From positions 253,274 to 317,273 of the forward strand of contig JBAZYF010000001.1 in assembly GCA_041659505.1 (NCBI GenBank): DNA of 64,000 bases, given 5' to 3'. Position 1 is the stretch's first letter. Every line of letters begins with the position of its first letter. Position numbers and translations under genes: made by a program. Under the pieces are notes generated by a model that was not told the origin of the DNA, searched no databases, and saw only the letters and a program-made list of their open reading frames with translations. Positions 19,170 to 29,164 of the stretch are shown here, piece after piece. The stretch is from Parcubacteria group bacterium (GTDB taxonomy: Bacteria > Patescibacteriota > Minisyncoccia > Moranbacterales > UBA2206).

Positions 19170-20525
19170 TTACACCGGATATTTCCCGGTGAAGCATCCG
19201 TAGCAAAAGTCGTCAGGATGCACAGCCGCCTTGCGCAAATCCTCCATACAAAGATAGTTTAATGTATCCGCATGGATCAATCTACGAACATCGTCGACGC
19301 ATCTTCCCCCGCTCATCACCAACTCCTCTTCGCTTTTGATATCAATCCCAAGCGAACAATGCCCGATGATTGGCGGACTAGCAACTCCAAAGTGTACTGC
19401 TCTGGGTCCACATCCTCTGACGATATCAATGATATCTTTGCTTGTTGTTCCTCTGACGATTGAATCGTCAACAAGGCTAACGGACTGATTTCGGATCAAG
19501 CTTTCAATCGGGCTGAGCTTCGCCCAGATATTTTTTTGACCGGGAGTGATGAATGTTCTGCCGATGTAATGATTGCGCAAGAGCGCTAATTCCAAGGGGT
19601 GTCCAGATTCACTCGCGTATCCTTGAGCGAAATACATGGCGCTATCCGGGATTGGAACAATCGCGTCGATGGCCAGGGGATGCCTTTGGCTATATAGCCT
19701 TCCTGTTTGCATCCGGAAATCAGCCACGGATTGGCCAAATTGGAACGAGTCTGGTCGAGCAAAATAGATTAGTTCGAAAATGCAATGGGCCGCATTTTTA
19801 GGAACGTTCATCTTGAAAGTTTCCAAGCCCTTCCTGTCAATAACAAGAATTTCTCCTCGTTCTATTTCTCTCACGAATTTTACTCCCAAGCTTTTATTGA
19901 AGGAGTTTTGTTCGGAAGCAATCATGTAGCCATAATCAAATTGACCGAGACAGAGTGGCCGAATGCCATAGGGGTCTCTCGCGGCAATTATTTTGTCCTT
20001 GGTGATAAAAAGCAAGGAGTAACTACCACGAATCATTTTGAGCGTCTCAACTATCGCCTCCACCAAAGAATTCCTTTTTGACCGAGCGATCAGTTTGAGA
20101 ATAATTTCAGTGTCAGAATCGGAGAAAAAAATATCCCCTTGCCTACTCAACTCCTGACGGATCGCTAATGATTCAGGCAGGTTTCCATTATGCGCAATGC
20201 CTAAAGCGCCATAACGGGTCATCGCCAAAAGGGGCTGAACATTATTTATGTTCTTTACCGACCCAGATGTTGAGTACCTATTATGTCCGATTGCTGAGTT
20301 AAATTCCTCTTCGATCGGAATACTTTTTTTGGCAAATAGACTTTCGACCGAGTTCTTACTGATTGATAGTCTGCGAAAATGAAGATGCTCGAGATCGGTT
20401 TCTCCATTCGACAATATCATGCCACTCGCTTCTTGCCCTCGATGTTGCGCACCAAGAAGTCCGAAATAAAAAAGGGGCATAAGTTTGATCTTTTTTTCTG
20501 AATAAATTCCAACGATTCCACACAT
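19170..20525 (-). CDS. purF: Amidophosphoribosyltransferase (Fe-S type)
   Basis: MCGIVG, QHRGQE, GHNRYST, HNGN, SDTE, CIFE.IYF.RPDS, VDDSIVRGTT, C..CFTG.YP. Confidence 0.95.
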   Translation of the reverse strand: MCGIVGIYSEKKIKLMPLFYFGLLGAQHRGQEASGMILSNGETDLEHLHFRRLSISKNSVESLFAKKSIPIEEEFNSAIGHNRYSTSGSVKNINNVQPLLAMTRYGALGIAHNGNLPESLAIRQELSRQGDIFFSDSDTEIILKLIARSKRNSLVEAIVETLKMIRGSYSLLFITKDKIIAARDPYGIRPLCLGQFDYGYMIASEQNSFNKSLGVKFVREIERGEILVIDRKGLETFKMNVPKNAAHCIFELIYFARPDSFQFGQSVADFRMQTGRLYSQRHPLAIDAIVPIPDSAMYFAQGYASESGHPLELALLRNHYIGRTFITPGQKNIWAKLSPIESLIRNQSVSLVDDSIVRGTTSKDIIDIVRGCGPRAVHFGVASPPIIGHCSLGIDIKSEEELVMSGGRCVDDVRRLIHADTLNYLCMEDLRKAAVHPDDFCYGCFTGKYPV

Positions 20526-20746
20526 GGCCACTGCCCTCCTTTTGAGGTTATCTGCATATTATCGATTATTGTCGTTATTATTATGTTAAGTTGCAAGGCT
20601 TTATTATAGACGTATCTTAAAAAAATGTCCAATTGTCGCAGTTGCAAAAAAAATAAATCTTATCTAAATAAAATAAAAACAAGGTGAGTCTTAGAGACCC
20701 ACCTTGTAAAGAACTTAAGCGTGATTCCGCCTAGTTCCATTGGTTT

Positions 20747-21718
20747 TTACCAGCCCAATTTACCCGCCCGCTGAAGTGCCGCATTAAGCTCATCGCGAGC
20801 AAGCATTGCCGCTTGTGCAGATGACGTAGCGAAATCCTTCGGATCGCCGCTGAACGGTCCCTTTTGCCAAGCGGCAATGGTTCCGCGAGATGTGCTGACC
20901 ACAGCGCCAAACCCATCATCATTGAACGGGACAACAGCCTCATCTGCTTTTCCGCCCTGTCCCTCACCGCCGCTGATACTGTAGCCGGGGACGAGCATAA
21001 GGGAGTCCGGCAGAATCTTTCGCATTTTGACCGCATCATCCGGATATGTGCCGCCCATTACGACGCCACAATTGCGATACCCATTTTCTCCTTCCGTCCC
21101 CTCGCTCCACAATGAGACATAATGGGCGAGCCGTTCCCAGACCGTAAGCCCATTGTCTGTTACCAGTTGCTCAATGACAGAGTTCGGTTTGAATGAGGTC
21201 TTGTCGACGACAAAGACGCAGGTACCGAACTTTTTTATCTCACGAACATAGCGCATCACCGAGTCCTCGGCAATATAGCCATCGATCGTGACGGCATCCG
21301 ACCGAATAGGCGCAACGACCATACGGTCATCAAAGAACGGAACCTCGCCGATATGCGCTTGTGCATATGCGTCGGCCGTTTCCGATCCATCTTTGCACTT
21401 GGCATCTTTGATGGTCAGAAGTCCACGATACTTGGCATAGGCCAATGTTTTTTCCAGAGCCTTCCATGTATGACAGCTCCTGTTATAAAACGCGGCCTGC
21501 GGTTTTACAACGGCGACAAACGGTTCAACCGCATCAATGATCGCACGGTTGAATGCGTAATAGAGTTCGCCAACCGCTTCCTCTGTGTCTCCGTAAACCG
21601 CCCGCATTTCTGCAATGAGATAGGGTGGCATAAATCTGAGTTGCGGGTCAAGTCCAACACAAAGAACACTTTTCTTCATCCGCATCGCTTCCTGCAATTT
21701 GTCTACGAAAGTTTTCAT
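20747..21718 (-). CDS. pyrF: Orotidine-5'-phosphate decarboxylase (type 2)
   Basis: LCVGLDP, VKPQAAFY, D.K..DG..TA.AY, G.V.G.T, LVPGY..QGG, SR. Confidence 0.9.
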   Translation of the reverse strand: MKTFVDKLQEAMRMKKSVLCVGLDPQLRFMPPYLIAEMRAVYGDTEEAVGELYYAFNRAIIDAVEPFVAVVKPQAAFYNRSCHTWKALEKTLAYAKYRGLLTIKDAKCKDGSETADAYAQAHIGEVPFFDDRMVVAPIRSDAVTIDGYIAEDSVMRYVREIKKFGTCVFVVDKTSFKPNSVIEQLVTDNGLTVWERLAHYVSLWSEGTEGENGYRNCGVVMGGTYPDDAVKMRKILPDSLMLVPGYSISGGEGQGGKADEAVVPFNDDGFGAVVSTSRGTIAAWQKGPFSGDPKDFATSSAQAAMLARDELNAALQRAGKLGW

Positions 21719-21940
21719 TTTACCTCCTAAAATTTGAAGTTGACAGTTAATGGTTTTTACAAGTTTTGCCTAAAGTTAAGTTTCTTGCCCTCCTTTCTCT
21801 GTTTTTTTAATATTCGTTATCAAATTTTTAAGTTACTACCCAATTTATTTATTGGTTTTTAATGCTACCAGATAAAGCATATTTATGCAATACATAAAAA
21901 TACCCCGCAAAGACATCCGTCCTATATCATTTTCCACTTC

Positions 21941-22675
21941 CTATTTTATATTCTGATAATATTTTTCCTTAGCTTTTAAATGATGCTCAATATTTTTATT
22001 GGACTTAGCGTGTATTGGATCACAACTCTTGACAGCATATCCATTTTCAGAGAAAATTTTAATTTTTCTGGGATTATTTGTTGCAAGATTTATGCAACAC
22101 GCCTCGGGAATTTCGAAAAATTTTAGAATTGCGACAACGCCTGCATACGTACGCGCATCTATCGTCTCATCTTTCGCAAGCATTAAGGCAGCTTCAATTG
22201 TATTTACATTAAATTCTTTCTGCAGCCACAGCGTAGCTAATTTAAACGGGACACCCATGCCACGACCATCTTGCCGAGGGATGTGGATAATCATGCCCTC
22301 TCCTGCGTCAGAAATAGTTTTCATAGCAAGATGCAATTGATCCAGACACTCGCAAGTAAGATCACCGAATATTTGTCCGGTAGCGCAGCCAGAGTCTGTT
22401 CTGACTATCAATTTATTTTCATTTTTGAACTCGGGCATGAGTGTTTTTTTGTTGATATCCGCTCTTGCAATTACGGCGTAATCGATCCACTGATCATCAA
22501 TTTCAAAAACAAATTCCCAAAATTCTCCAAACTTAGTTTCGAGTGGTCCTAGGCCTTTTCTTGTAACAGAGTAGTATTGCTTTTTTCCATTTTCTACAAC
22601 AGAAACACGCTTAGTCATAGGACTCATCCCTAATTTTATGGCTTCAATTAGATCGTTTTTCATTTTTTGCAGCAT
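21941..22675 (-). CDS. ribA: GTP cyclohydrolase II family protein
   Basis: VRTDSGC.TG..FG...C.C..QL, QDGRG.G...K, D.R.Y, L.TNNP.K. Confidence 0.85.
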   Translation of the reverse strand: MLQKMKNDLIEAIKLGMSPMTKRVSVVENGKKQYYSVTRKGLGPLETKFGEFWEFVFEIDDQWIDYAVIARADINKKTLMPEFKNENKLIVRTDSGCATGQIFGDLTCECLDQLHLAMKTISDAGEGMIIHIPRQDGRGMGVPFKLATLWLQKEFNVNTIEAALMLAKDETIDARTYAGVVAILKFFEIPEACCINLATNNPRKIKIFSENGYAVKSCDPIHAKSNKNIEHHLKAKEKYYQNIK

Positions 22676-22949
22676 ATTATTTGAAATTTAATCTTACCAG
22701 GACTACTCTTTTTTCGAGATTTTGCTAAGTCTACCATTAAACCACCTAAGTCGGATAAAAGCAAGCGAAAAAGGCATTGGCCTAAACTTAAAATCATACT
22801 AGCGCCTGCTTAAGCCTCGCTCTTATTTGTTTTTAGCAGTCGTTATCTCCAGTGATTTAAGCCCTACTAAGTTTTAATTAGCTCTATGCTTATTTAGTTT
22901 TTCCGATAGCTAATACAAACATTGCATAAAATTTCCTGCTTGCTATACT

Positions 22950-24038
22950 ATGTTTACAATCTCAAAAAATATGCACCACAAGCCATTTTATGATCCGAAA
23001 AAAAGTTACCAAGAAAATTGTGAACAAGGACCTTTTGGTCTTTTTTTTAAACCGCAAAAATATGAAAATGCCCAAGAGCCGCGCTTTTCTTTTTTGGGCC
23101 AACTTGTCTTTGCCCCTTTTGGAATACCGGCTGGGCCATTGCCGAATAGTCGCTTTGTGAAAGCCGCGCTGGATATGGGTTTTGATCTTCCGGTCTATAA
23201 AACAGTCCGCACGAGAAAATACCCTTGCCATCCCTGGCCCAACGTCATTGGAGTTGACTTGGAAGGCGCTTTGACTTTGGAAAAAATTCGCAGTGGTCTT
23301 GTCGCGAAAAATAATTATGCGCCACCACTTTCCATCACCAACTCTTTTGGCGTGCCCTCTTCTGACCCCACTATCTGGCAAAAAGATTTAGCCCAAGCGG
23401 TGAGCTATGCTAAAAAAGGGCAAGTGGTGATTGGTAGTTTTCAAGGAACCAGAGAAAAAGGAGGGGTTGATTCGTCTCTCGTTGCCGACTTTGTTTTGGG
23501 AGCAAAATTAATCAAAGAGACTGGGGCAAAAATTTTGGAGCTAAATTTTAGCTGTCCTAACGAGAAAACTCCCGATTTGGTTTGTTTTGATTCAGAGCTG
23601 GTGCTTAGAATTTGTGAAGCAGTGAAAAATGAAATTGGTTCCATTCCGCTAATCATTAAACTCGCCTACTTTGAAGATGAACACAATTTGCGAAAGCTGG
23701 TTGAAAAAGTGGGAAAGCTGGTTTCCGGGATTGCCGCGATAAATACTCTGCCTTGCGCAATCCGAGATCGGTCGGGAAATCAAGCTTTGCCTGGAGAAGG
23801 ACGACTAGTTAGTGGCATTTGCGGAGACGGCGTGCGCTGGGCCGGACTAGATATGGTCAAGAGGCTAAAGACGCTCCGCACCGAAATGAATTTAAACTAC
23901 ACCATTATTGGCGTTGGCGGTGTCAGCACGCCGAAAGATTATCGCGGCTACCTCGCTTGCGGAGCAGACGCGGTGATGTCAGCCACGGGAGCAATGTGGA
24001 ATCCATTGCTGGCGCAAGAAATTAAAAAATATGTTTAA
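22950..24038 (+). CDS. Dihydroorotate dehydrogenase-like flavoprotein
   Basis: PFGIPAGP, KT, NSFGVPS, ELNFSCPN, INT, SGICG, IIGVGGV, GADAV; start may be ATG 22971. Confidence 0.8.
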   Translation: MFTISKNMHHKPFYDPKKSYQENCEQGPFGLFFKPQKYENAQEPRFSFLGQLVFAPFGIPAGPLPNSRFVKAALDMGFDLPVYKTVRTRKYPCHPWPNVIGVDLEGALTLEKIRSGLVAKNNYAPPLSITNSFGVPSSDPTIWQKDLAQAVSYAKKGQVVIGSFQGTREKGGVDSSLVADFVLGAKLIKETGAKILELNFSCPNEKTPDLVCFDSELVLRICEAVKNEIGSIPLIIKLAYFEDEHNLRKLVEKVGKLVSGIAAINTLPCAIRDRSGNQALPGEGRLVSGICGDGVRWAGLDMVKRLKTLRTEMNLNYTIIGVGGVSTPKDYRGYLACGADAVMSATGAMWNPLLAQEIKKYV

Positions 24039-24119
24039 GGAATCATGTTTTTCTTTGCAAGCATTGCGCCTGGAACAATTTTGGATTATACTCGAGGCAT
24101 AAATATAACCGAAAAAACT

Positions 24120-24482
24120 ATGAAAATTATCATCCGCTGGCTACTCTCCGCCCTAGCTGTTATCATTACTGCCTACCTCTTGCCCAAGGAAGCGATCTTT
24201 GTGCAAAGTTTTTTTGTAGCGTTGGTCGTAGCGGTTGTTTTAGGATTTTTAAATAGTATCATCAGACCGATCCTTATCATCCTTACTTTACCCATCCAGA
24301 TCCTGACTCTCGGCCTTTTCACTTTTATCATAAATGCCGGACTCGTCATGCTCACCAGCAGTCTCGTGAGCGGATTCTATGTGAAAAGTTTTTGGTGGGC
24401 ACTGCTTTTCAGTCTCGTGCTTTCACTAGTCAATGCCATAATTAACCGCTTTGAACCAAAAGAAACTCCAGATCAAGAATAA
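24120..24482 (+). CDS. YvlD/DUF360 (phage holin family 4) membrane protein
   Basis: LGFLNSIIRPIL..LTLP..ILTLGLFTFIINA. Confidence 0.85.
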   Translation: MKIIIRWLLSALAVIITAYLLPKEAIFVQSFFVALVVAVVLGFLNSIIRPILIILTLPIQILTLGLFTFIINAGLVMLTSSLVSGFYVKSFWWALLFSLVLSLVNAIINRFEPKETPDQE

Positions 24483-24500
24483 AAAACGTCCCTTGCCACT

Positions 24501-24525
24501 AAAAAAAGGCCTCGCTGGCCTTTTT
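24501..24525. terminator. Bidirectional terminator between convergent genes
   Basis: aaaaaaaggcc-tcgct-ggccttttt. Confidence 0.7.
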
Positions 24526-24542
24526 GTTTTTCCCCAAAAAAT

Positions 24543-24983
24543 TTAGTGCGCGTATCGCCCGACGAGGGAAGCTTTTTCCTGGACATGCCCTTCGATGGCT
24601 GCTTCAATATCTTCTTTCGTTACCGGACCTTCCAGCTCTAGCTTTGTGTCCAGTGCATACAGCTGAAATTGATAGTGATGCGCGCCAATAGGAGGGCAAG
24701 GTCCGCCATAGCCTGCTTTTCGAAAACTGGTCAAAGCTTCGATCCCGCTGTCGGGAACGCTGTTTTCCGCGATCCGTGTGAGATACGGATCCAGATCAAA
24801 TATTATCCAATGCGTCCATCCTCCGGTCACTGGCGCATCCGGATCATGCACGATAAGCGCGAGCGACTGAGCATCGGCCGGCACGCCGGAAATCTCCAAC
24901 GGCGGATTGACATTCTCGCCATCGCAAGTATATTTTTTGGGAATTATGGAATTGTTCTCAAAGGCACTGCTCGTAATTCGCAT
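24543..24983 (-). CDS. YbhB/YbcL (PEBP) family protein
   Basis: YTCDG.N.NPPL, DPDAP, WTHW, YGGPCPP.G.H.Y.F..YALD. Confidence 0.92.
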   Translation of the reverse strand: MRITSSAFENNSIIPKKYTCDGENVNPPLEISGVPADAQSLALIVHDPDAPVTGGWTHWIIFDLDPYLTRIAENSVPDSGIEALTSFRKAGYGGPCPPIGAHHYQFQLYALDTKLELEGPVTKEDIEAAIEGHVQEKASLVGRYAH

Positions 24984-25166
24984 ATATTTAGGTTAAAAAT
25001 TAGTTTGCAATAAGCTGGTATTTTTCGTCCAAAAATTCACAAAAAACCAGACAATGCTACATATATAATACGCAGACATGGAGGTCTTCGACTTCCCAAA
25101 CTGAAACACTCCCTTAACGAAAAGCGTATGGTGCTATATAATAGAGGCAAGATTTAAAACAAACCT

Positions 25167-25997
25167 ATGGATAACAAAAAATCACTAATCATTAAAATAG
25201 TTTTTGGTTTGATTCTTGTTGGAATTGTCTTTTTCGTGCTTTCTTCTTCTCGAAAAGGTCCGGTCTATAAATTGCCCTCCGTACCAAAACCGGCGCCAGT
25301 GCAACAGCCCGCTCAACCACCTGCCAAACTGATCGATCTGACGAATTGGAAATTGACTTTGCCAATCACCTCTCCGAGTGATCCGACACAGCCACTGGAA
25401 ATCTTGCAACCGGAATTGGCAACCTACCAGCTACGCCCTTGGTTTCAATTGGCTCCCGATAAAAAGGGCGTGCTATTTCGAGCGCCGGTCAATGCGCCAA
25501 CCACATCCAATTCCAGCTATCCCCGTTGCGAACTGCGCGAAATGACGGACAGTGGGACGCAAGAATTTTTCTGGCCTTCAACCAGCGGGACACATACCCT
25601 TTTTCTCGATGAGGCCATCACTGCTGTGCCGCAATACAAACCAGATGTAGTCGCCGGACAGATTCATGGCGACACAGACGATCTCATTGTCGTCCGGCTA
25701 GAAGGACAAAAACTCTATCTTGCTCGCAGCAAAGCCAACTTGTTTACGCTTGATGATAATTATGTCCTCGGCACACGTTTCACCATCAAATTCGTTGCCA
25801 GCAATGGCCAAGTCACTGTTTATTATAACAACAGTGCGACACCGATCTACACACTAGAGAAAAAAGTGAAGCAAGCCTATTTCAAGGTTGGTGTTTACAC
25901 CCAGTCAAACTGCAAAACCGAACAATCACCAGAGCTATGCACGGCAGACAATTACGGAGAGGTGATGGTCTATCAAGCAAAAGTGACGCATGAATAA
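25167..25997 (+). CDS. Membrane-anchored polysaccharide lyase family 7 (alginate lyase-like)
   Basis: WKLTLP, YPRCELRE, QIHG, YFKVGVYTQ (PL7 conserved regions); N-terminal TM. Confidence 0.88.
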   Translation: MDNKKSLIIKIVFGLILVGIVFFVLSSSRKGPVYKLPSVPKPAPVQQPAQPPAKLIDLTNWKLTLPITSPSDPTQPLEILQPELATYQLRPWFQLAPDKKGVLFRAPVNAPTTSNSSYPRCELREMTDSGTQEFFWPSTSGTHTLFLDEAITAVPQYKPDVVAGQIHGDTDDLIVVRLEGQKLYLARSKANLFTLDDNYVLGTRFTIKFVASNGQVTVYYNNSATPIYTLEKKVKQAYFKVGVYTQSNCKTEQSPELCTADNYGEVMVYQAKVTHE

Positions 25998-26000
25998 GTC

Positions 26001-26612
26001 TTAGCTTCCAAGTAAGCCTGTTCTGAGCTCGCCTGCCGGTTCATAGGTTGCAATAATTACTCCAGTAGAAGAAGTTTTAGAATCGACCAATTTGAATCCC
26101 TGCGGCAAAGTACCTTCGGCAAAAAGTCGCTTTCCCTTGCCGATCGTAACCGGGAAAATCCAAACGTGCATGCGATCAATAAGCCTCTCCTTCAAGATGG
26201 TCTGGATGAGATTGCCACTTCCATGGACCCACAAATCTGGTCCATCTTGCTCCTTGAGCGCTTTAAGCTTTTTCACAACGTCTTCCAATATTATCTCCGA
26301 GTTGTTCCAAGTGAGCTCGCTAGCAACGTCGGAAACGACATATTTTTTTGTGGCGTTGAATCTTTCCTTGATGGGAAAATCGCCCTCGGCGTCTGGCCAA
26401 TAAGCCGCAAAAATATCATAGGTCTTTTTTCCCAAAAGCAACTCGAACGGAATCTTCATGAAACCATCCATGACATTGCCCATCCTTTCATCCCAATAAT
26501 GATATGTCCATCCGCCATACTTGAAATCTTCCGAGATGTCTTCTTCCGGTCCGCCGGGAGCCTGCATAACGCCATCCAGCGTGACAAAAGTTGTCGTTAT
26601 TATTTTTCGCAT
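26001..26612 (-). CDS. Dihydrofolate reductase-like / RibD C-terminal domain protein
   Basis: FVTLDGVMQAPGG, LLLG..TY..F..YWP, HGSG.L, P..IG.GKRLF. Confidence 0.88.
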   Translation of the reverse strand: MRKIITTTFVTLDGVMQAPGGPEEDISEDFKYGGWTYHYWDERMGNVMDGFMKIPFELLLGKKTYDIFAAYWPDAEGDFPIKERFNATKKYVVSDVASELTWNNSEIILEDVVKKLKALKEQDGPDLWVHGSGNLIQTILKERLIDRMHVWIFPVTIGKGKRLFAEGTLPQGFKLVDSKTSSTGVIIATYEPAGELRTGLLGS

Positions 26613-26717
26613 ATTATTTGTGTTAAAAAATTAAGTCGCCACTACCCAACAAATTTTCAGTCTTTTTGGTGTGGCCTATATGAATAATACGCGCGCTAAT
26701 TGCGGCTAGACGCAGAG

Positions 26718-26742
26718 CTAGTCGAGAACGGTTCTCGACTAG
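26718..26742. repeat. 25-bp palindrome; related copies at 30924-30940 and 31312-31325
   Basis: ctagtcgagaac-g-gttctcgactag; tcgaggac-c-gtcctcga; half site ccgtcctcgactag. Confidence 0.6.
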
Positions 26743-26865
26743 GCATGTAAATAAAAAACGCTCGTTGGGCGTTGTTGTTTTTGTTGCTCACTTGACATAA
26801 CGGCTTCCAAACGTTTTTAAGTGAGAATTTTAATAAGAAGATGTGTAATTAGCCGCGCTATCTTT

Positions 26866-27408
26866 TTATATTAAATCGTAGTCCCATCCCGGTTGCCATG
26901 CTTTCTTTTTTCTCCAATCATCAGCGAAAGCCTGCTCCCAAGATTTTCCCCCAATCAAAACGTCTAGGGCTAATTGGGGGACTTTATGAGCAACGATAGC
27001 AATGGATTTGTTGCGATAATTTATTTTCAAATATTTGAGAAAATCACTCATTCTATTTTTCACATCCTCACAACTTTCCCCACCAGGAAATTTATCTGCA
27101 ACATTTTCCTCTTGCATAGGCTCGACAATTACAGATGGTTTTGCGTTATATGCTCCATAGTTGCACTCGCGCAATCTTTCATCTCGTATTATTTCAACGG
27201 CCCCACTAAAGATTAAGTCTGCTGACTTCACCGCTCTTTTTAGATCAGAACAAAACACGACATCAAATTTTTTATCCGCTATTAGGGATTTCAATTTGAT
27301 TGCCTGCTCGATACCTTTTTGGGAAAGTTCCACATCAGACCAGCCGGATGATATTTTCTTTTCATTGTCAGTTGTGGTTCCGTGCACAAAATAAGTTATT
27401 TTTAGCAT
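26866..27408 (-). CDS. Histidine phosphatase family protein
   Basis: FVHGTT.DN...SGW.DV.LS, SDL.RA, LRE.NYG, PGGES, VAH. Confidence 0.85.
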   Translation of the reverse strand: MLKITYFVHGTTTDNEKKISSGWSDVELSQKGIEQAIKLKSLIADKKFDVVFCSDLKRAVKSADLIFSGAVEIIRDERLRECNYGAYNAKPSVIVEPMQEENVADKFPGGESCEDVKNRMSDFLKYLKINYRNKSIAIVAHKVPQLALDVLIGGKSWEQAFADDWRKKKAWQPGWDYDLI

Positions 27409-27499
27409 AGCAATTCAAAATGATTTTAATAATATCTGCATCATATCGCAAAAGTTCAAGCTATCTTTTTTTATTAAGCTTTTGGTTGATTTTCAATCC

Positions 27500-28483
27500 T
27501 CACTGCTTCTCGACAAAAGCGAGCAGTTCATTCCAGATGGCATCGGCTATTTCAATCACGCCTTCTTCTTTGGCTTTCTGGCTTTTTGCGTCACCTTGTT
27601 CGCCAGGCAGATAGATTGATTGACCCGCAAGAGGTTTTGCGGCTTTCATTGATCGGACCAGCTCAGTGGAGCGTTTCATGAATTCTTCTTTGGTGGACAG
27701 AAGGCCCGGATCAATGGCCAGCACAAATGTTCCCGCGCCGTCTGATTCGTTGAAACCTGGGATGCCAGCCAGAGAGAACGGACCGCCGAGCATTTGAATG
27801 AAAAATGACAAGCCAAATCCCTTGTGTCTGGCAAAAGTGCTCACAGATCCTTGAAGCACCTCAGCCGGGTCGGTGCTCGGGTTGCCCTCTTTGTCAAAGC
27901 CAATACCTTCCGGCAACTTCTCGCCTTTGAGTTTGGCTTCCATTACTCCGAAATAGGCCATGGCGGAAGTCGCGCTGTCAAAGACAATCTCGCCACCAGT
28001 ATAGGGAAAGGCATAGGAAAAAGGATTCGTGCCTAGTTTTGGTTCGGCGCTACCAGTTGGTGCGACAAAAGCGAATGCACCATTGCCGACACAGACAAAT
28101 CCGATGAAACCTGCCTTGGCAATGCGTCTGGAAAAATAACCGATGGCGCCGGAAGATGTTGAAGTGTGGTTGAGTCCCACGATGCCCACTCCGTGTTTTG
28201 CAGCAAGATCAACGGCCATGTCGGTGGCTTTGGCAGTTGAAACCATTGAGTGCCCACCAGAAATCAGCGCTCCGCATTTGTTTTCAGAAACAATTCTAAA
28301 TTCTTCAACAGCACTGGCTTTTGGTATCCCGCCTGTAGCAATTTTTGTTATACCTTGGTTATTACCACGCAATTGGGCATAGAGAAGCACCTCCGCGATG
28401 ATTTTTGCATCATCTCCAACATAGCCCAGCTTTTTGACGCCTTCTAGCACTTTGTCTTTCAATTCTTGGGTTGCGATTTTCAT
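27500..28483 (-). CDS. Ldh_2 (malate/L-lactate dehydrogenase type 2) family oxidoreductase
   Basis: A.LRG..QG, GA.GY, GTNP, D.ATS, HKGFGL, LPGE. Confidence 0.88.
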   Translation of the reverse strand: MKIATQELKDKVLEGVKKLGYVGDDAKIIAEVLLYAQLRGNNQGITKIATGGIPKASAVEEFRIVSENKCGALISGGHSMVSTAKATDMAVDLAAKHGVGIVGLNHTSTSSGAIGYFSRRIAKAGFIGFVCVGNGAFAFVAPTGSAEPKLGTNPFSYAFPYTGGEIVFDSATSAMAYFGVMEAKLKGEKLPEGIGFDKEGNPSTDPAEVLQGSVSTFARHKGFGLSFFIQMLGGPFSLAGIPGFNESDGAGTFVLAIDPGLLSTKEEFMKRSTELVRSMKAAKPLAGQSIYLPGEQGDAKSQKAKEEGVIEIADAIWNELLAFVEKQ

Positions 28484-28529
28484 AGGGTAGATTTAGAAAT
28501 TAGATTACTCCTTCATTATACTATTTAGA

Positions 28530-28918
28530 ATTTTCAATGCAACAATACTTTGCTCTCAATAGCTGATACATTTAGAAGCTGGAATCTCGCAAAGATTAAA
28601 TTAGGAAATGTAATTATTGCCGCAAACAGCTTATCAAAAAGTTCAGCCAGCACTACATTGTGGCCACAGGTTCTTTTTTGAAAAGTGACGCTATGTGAGA
28701 GTGTGACGGCAATTATTAGTGACTCATCCAACCTGATGTTATCCGAGTTTTCTGTCAAGAATCTGAAAATTAGTGCTAGCGGAGCAAGCCGGGCTCGAAT
28801 ATGGGCAACGGAACAATTGGACGCTACAGGCAAAGATTCCAGTAAAATTTATTACCGAGGTGATCCAAAAATAATCGAAGATATTAGCGAAGCCGCGCTT
28901 TTGGCAAAAGAAGACTAG
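28530..28918 (+). pseudogene. C-terminal fragment of a DUF2807 (GIN-domain) protein
   Basis: SGASRARIWATEQLDA..KDSSKIYYRGDP resembles the DUF2807 C-terminus; no intact 5' part. Confidence 0.55.
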
Positions 28919-28955
28919 AGAAATCTATTTTCTTTTATAAAAATTTGTTTGGCAG

Positions 28956-29041
28956 ATATGTATTTAAATACGTACTTTTATTTTGTCTCCGGAGAAGAAA
29001 AGGGGCAAATGAAAACGGCCACCCTTTCTGGTGGCCGTCCT
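28956..29041. repeat. 86-bp direct repeat A (second copy 31233-31318), containing a minus-strand terminator-like hairpin
   Basis: atatgtatttaaatacgtacttttattt...ggcaaatgaaaacg...tttctggtggccgtcct is shared by both copies. Confidence 0.85.
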
Positions 29042-29044
29042 GTG

Positions 29045-29158
29045 TGGCTCCCCCTGACAGATATGTTGTGCTACTTGAATATCGCTCAGTTAGAAATGGA
29101 GATGGGGTTATTCAGTCCCGCATTAGCCACATACAATTTCAAGCACGTATCCCGATAG
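29045..29158 (+). other. Putative displaced recombinase C-terminal tail / att junction B
   Basis: Encodes WLPLTDMLCYLNIAQLEMEMGLFS, 14 of 24 aa identical to 32612-32695; begins with a tRNA-3'-end-like tggctcccc. Confidence 0.5.
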
Positions 29159-29164
29159 CTAAAT

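Noticed and set aside
20530-21940. Purine riboswitch or PyrR attenuator upstream of purF or pyrF
   Set aside because: The leaders are AT-rich with no aptamer consensus or terminator/antiterminator pair that I could identify
24120-24482. Prophage suggested by the holin-family gene
   Set aside because: The YvlD/DUF360 family is commonly chromosomal; no phage structural or replication genes nearby
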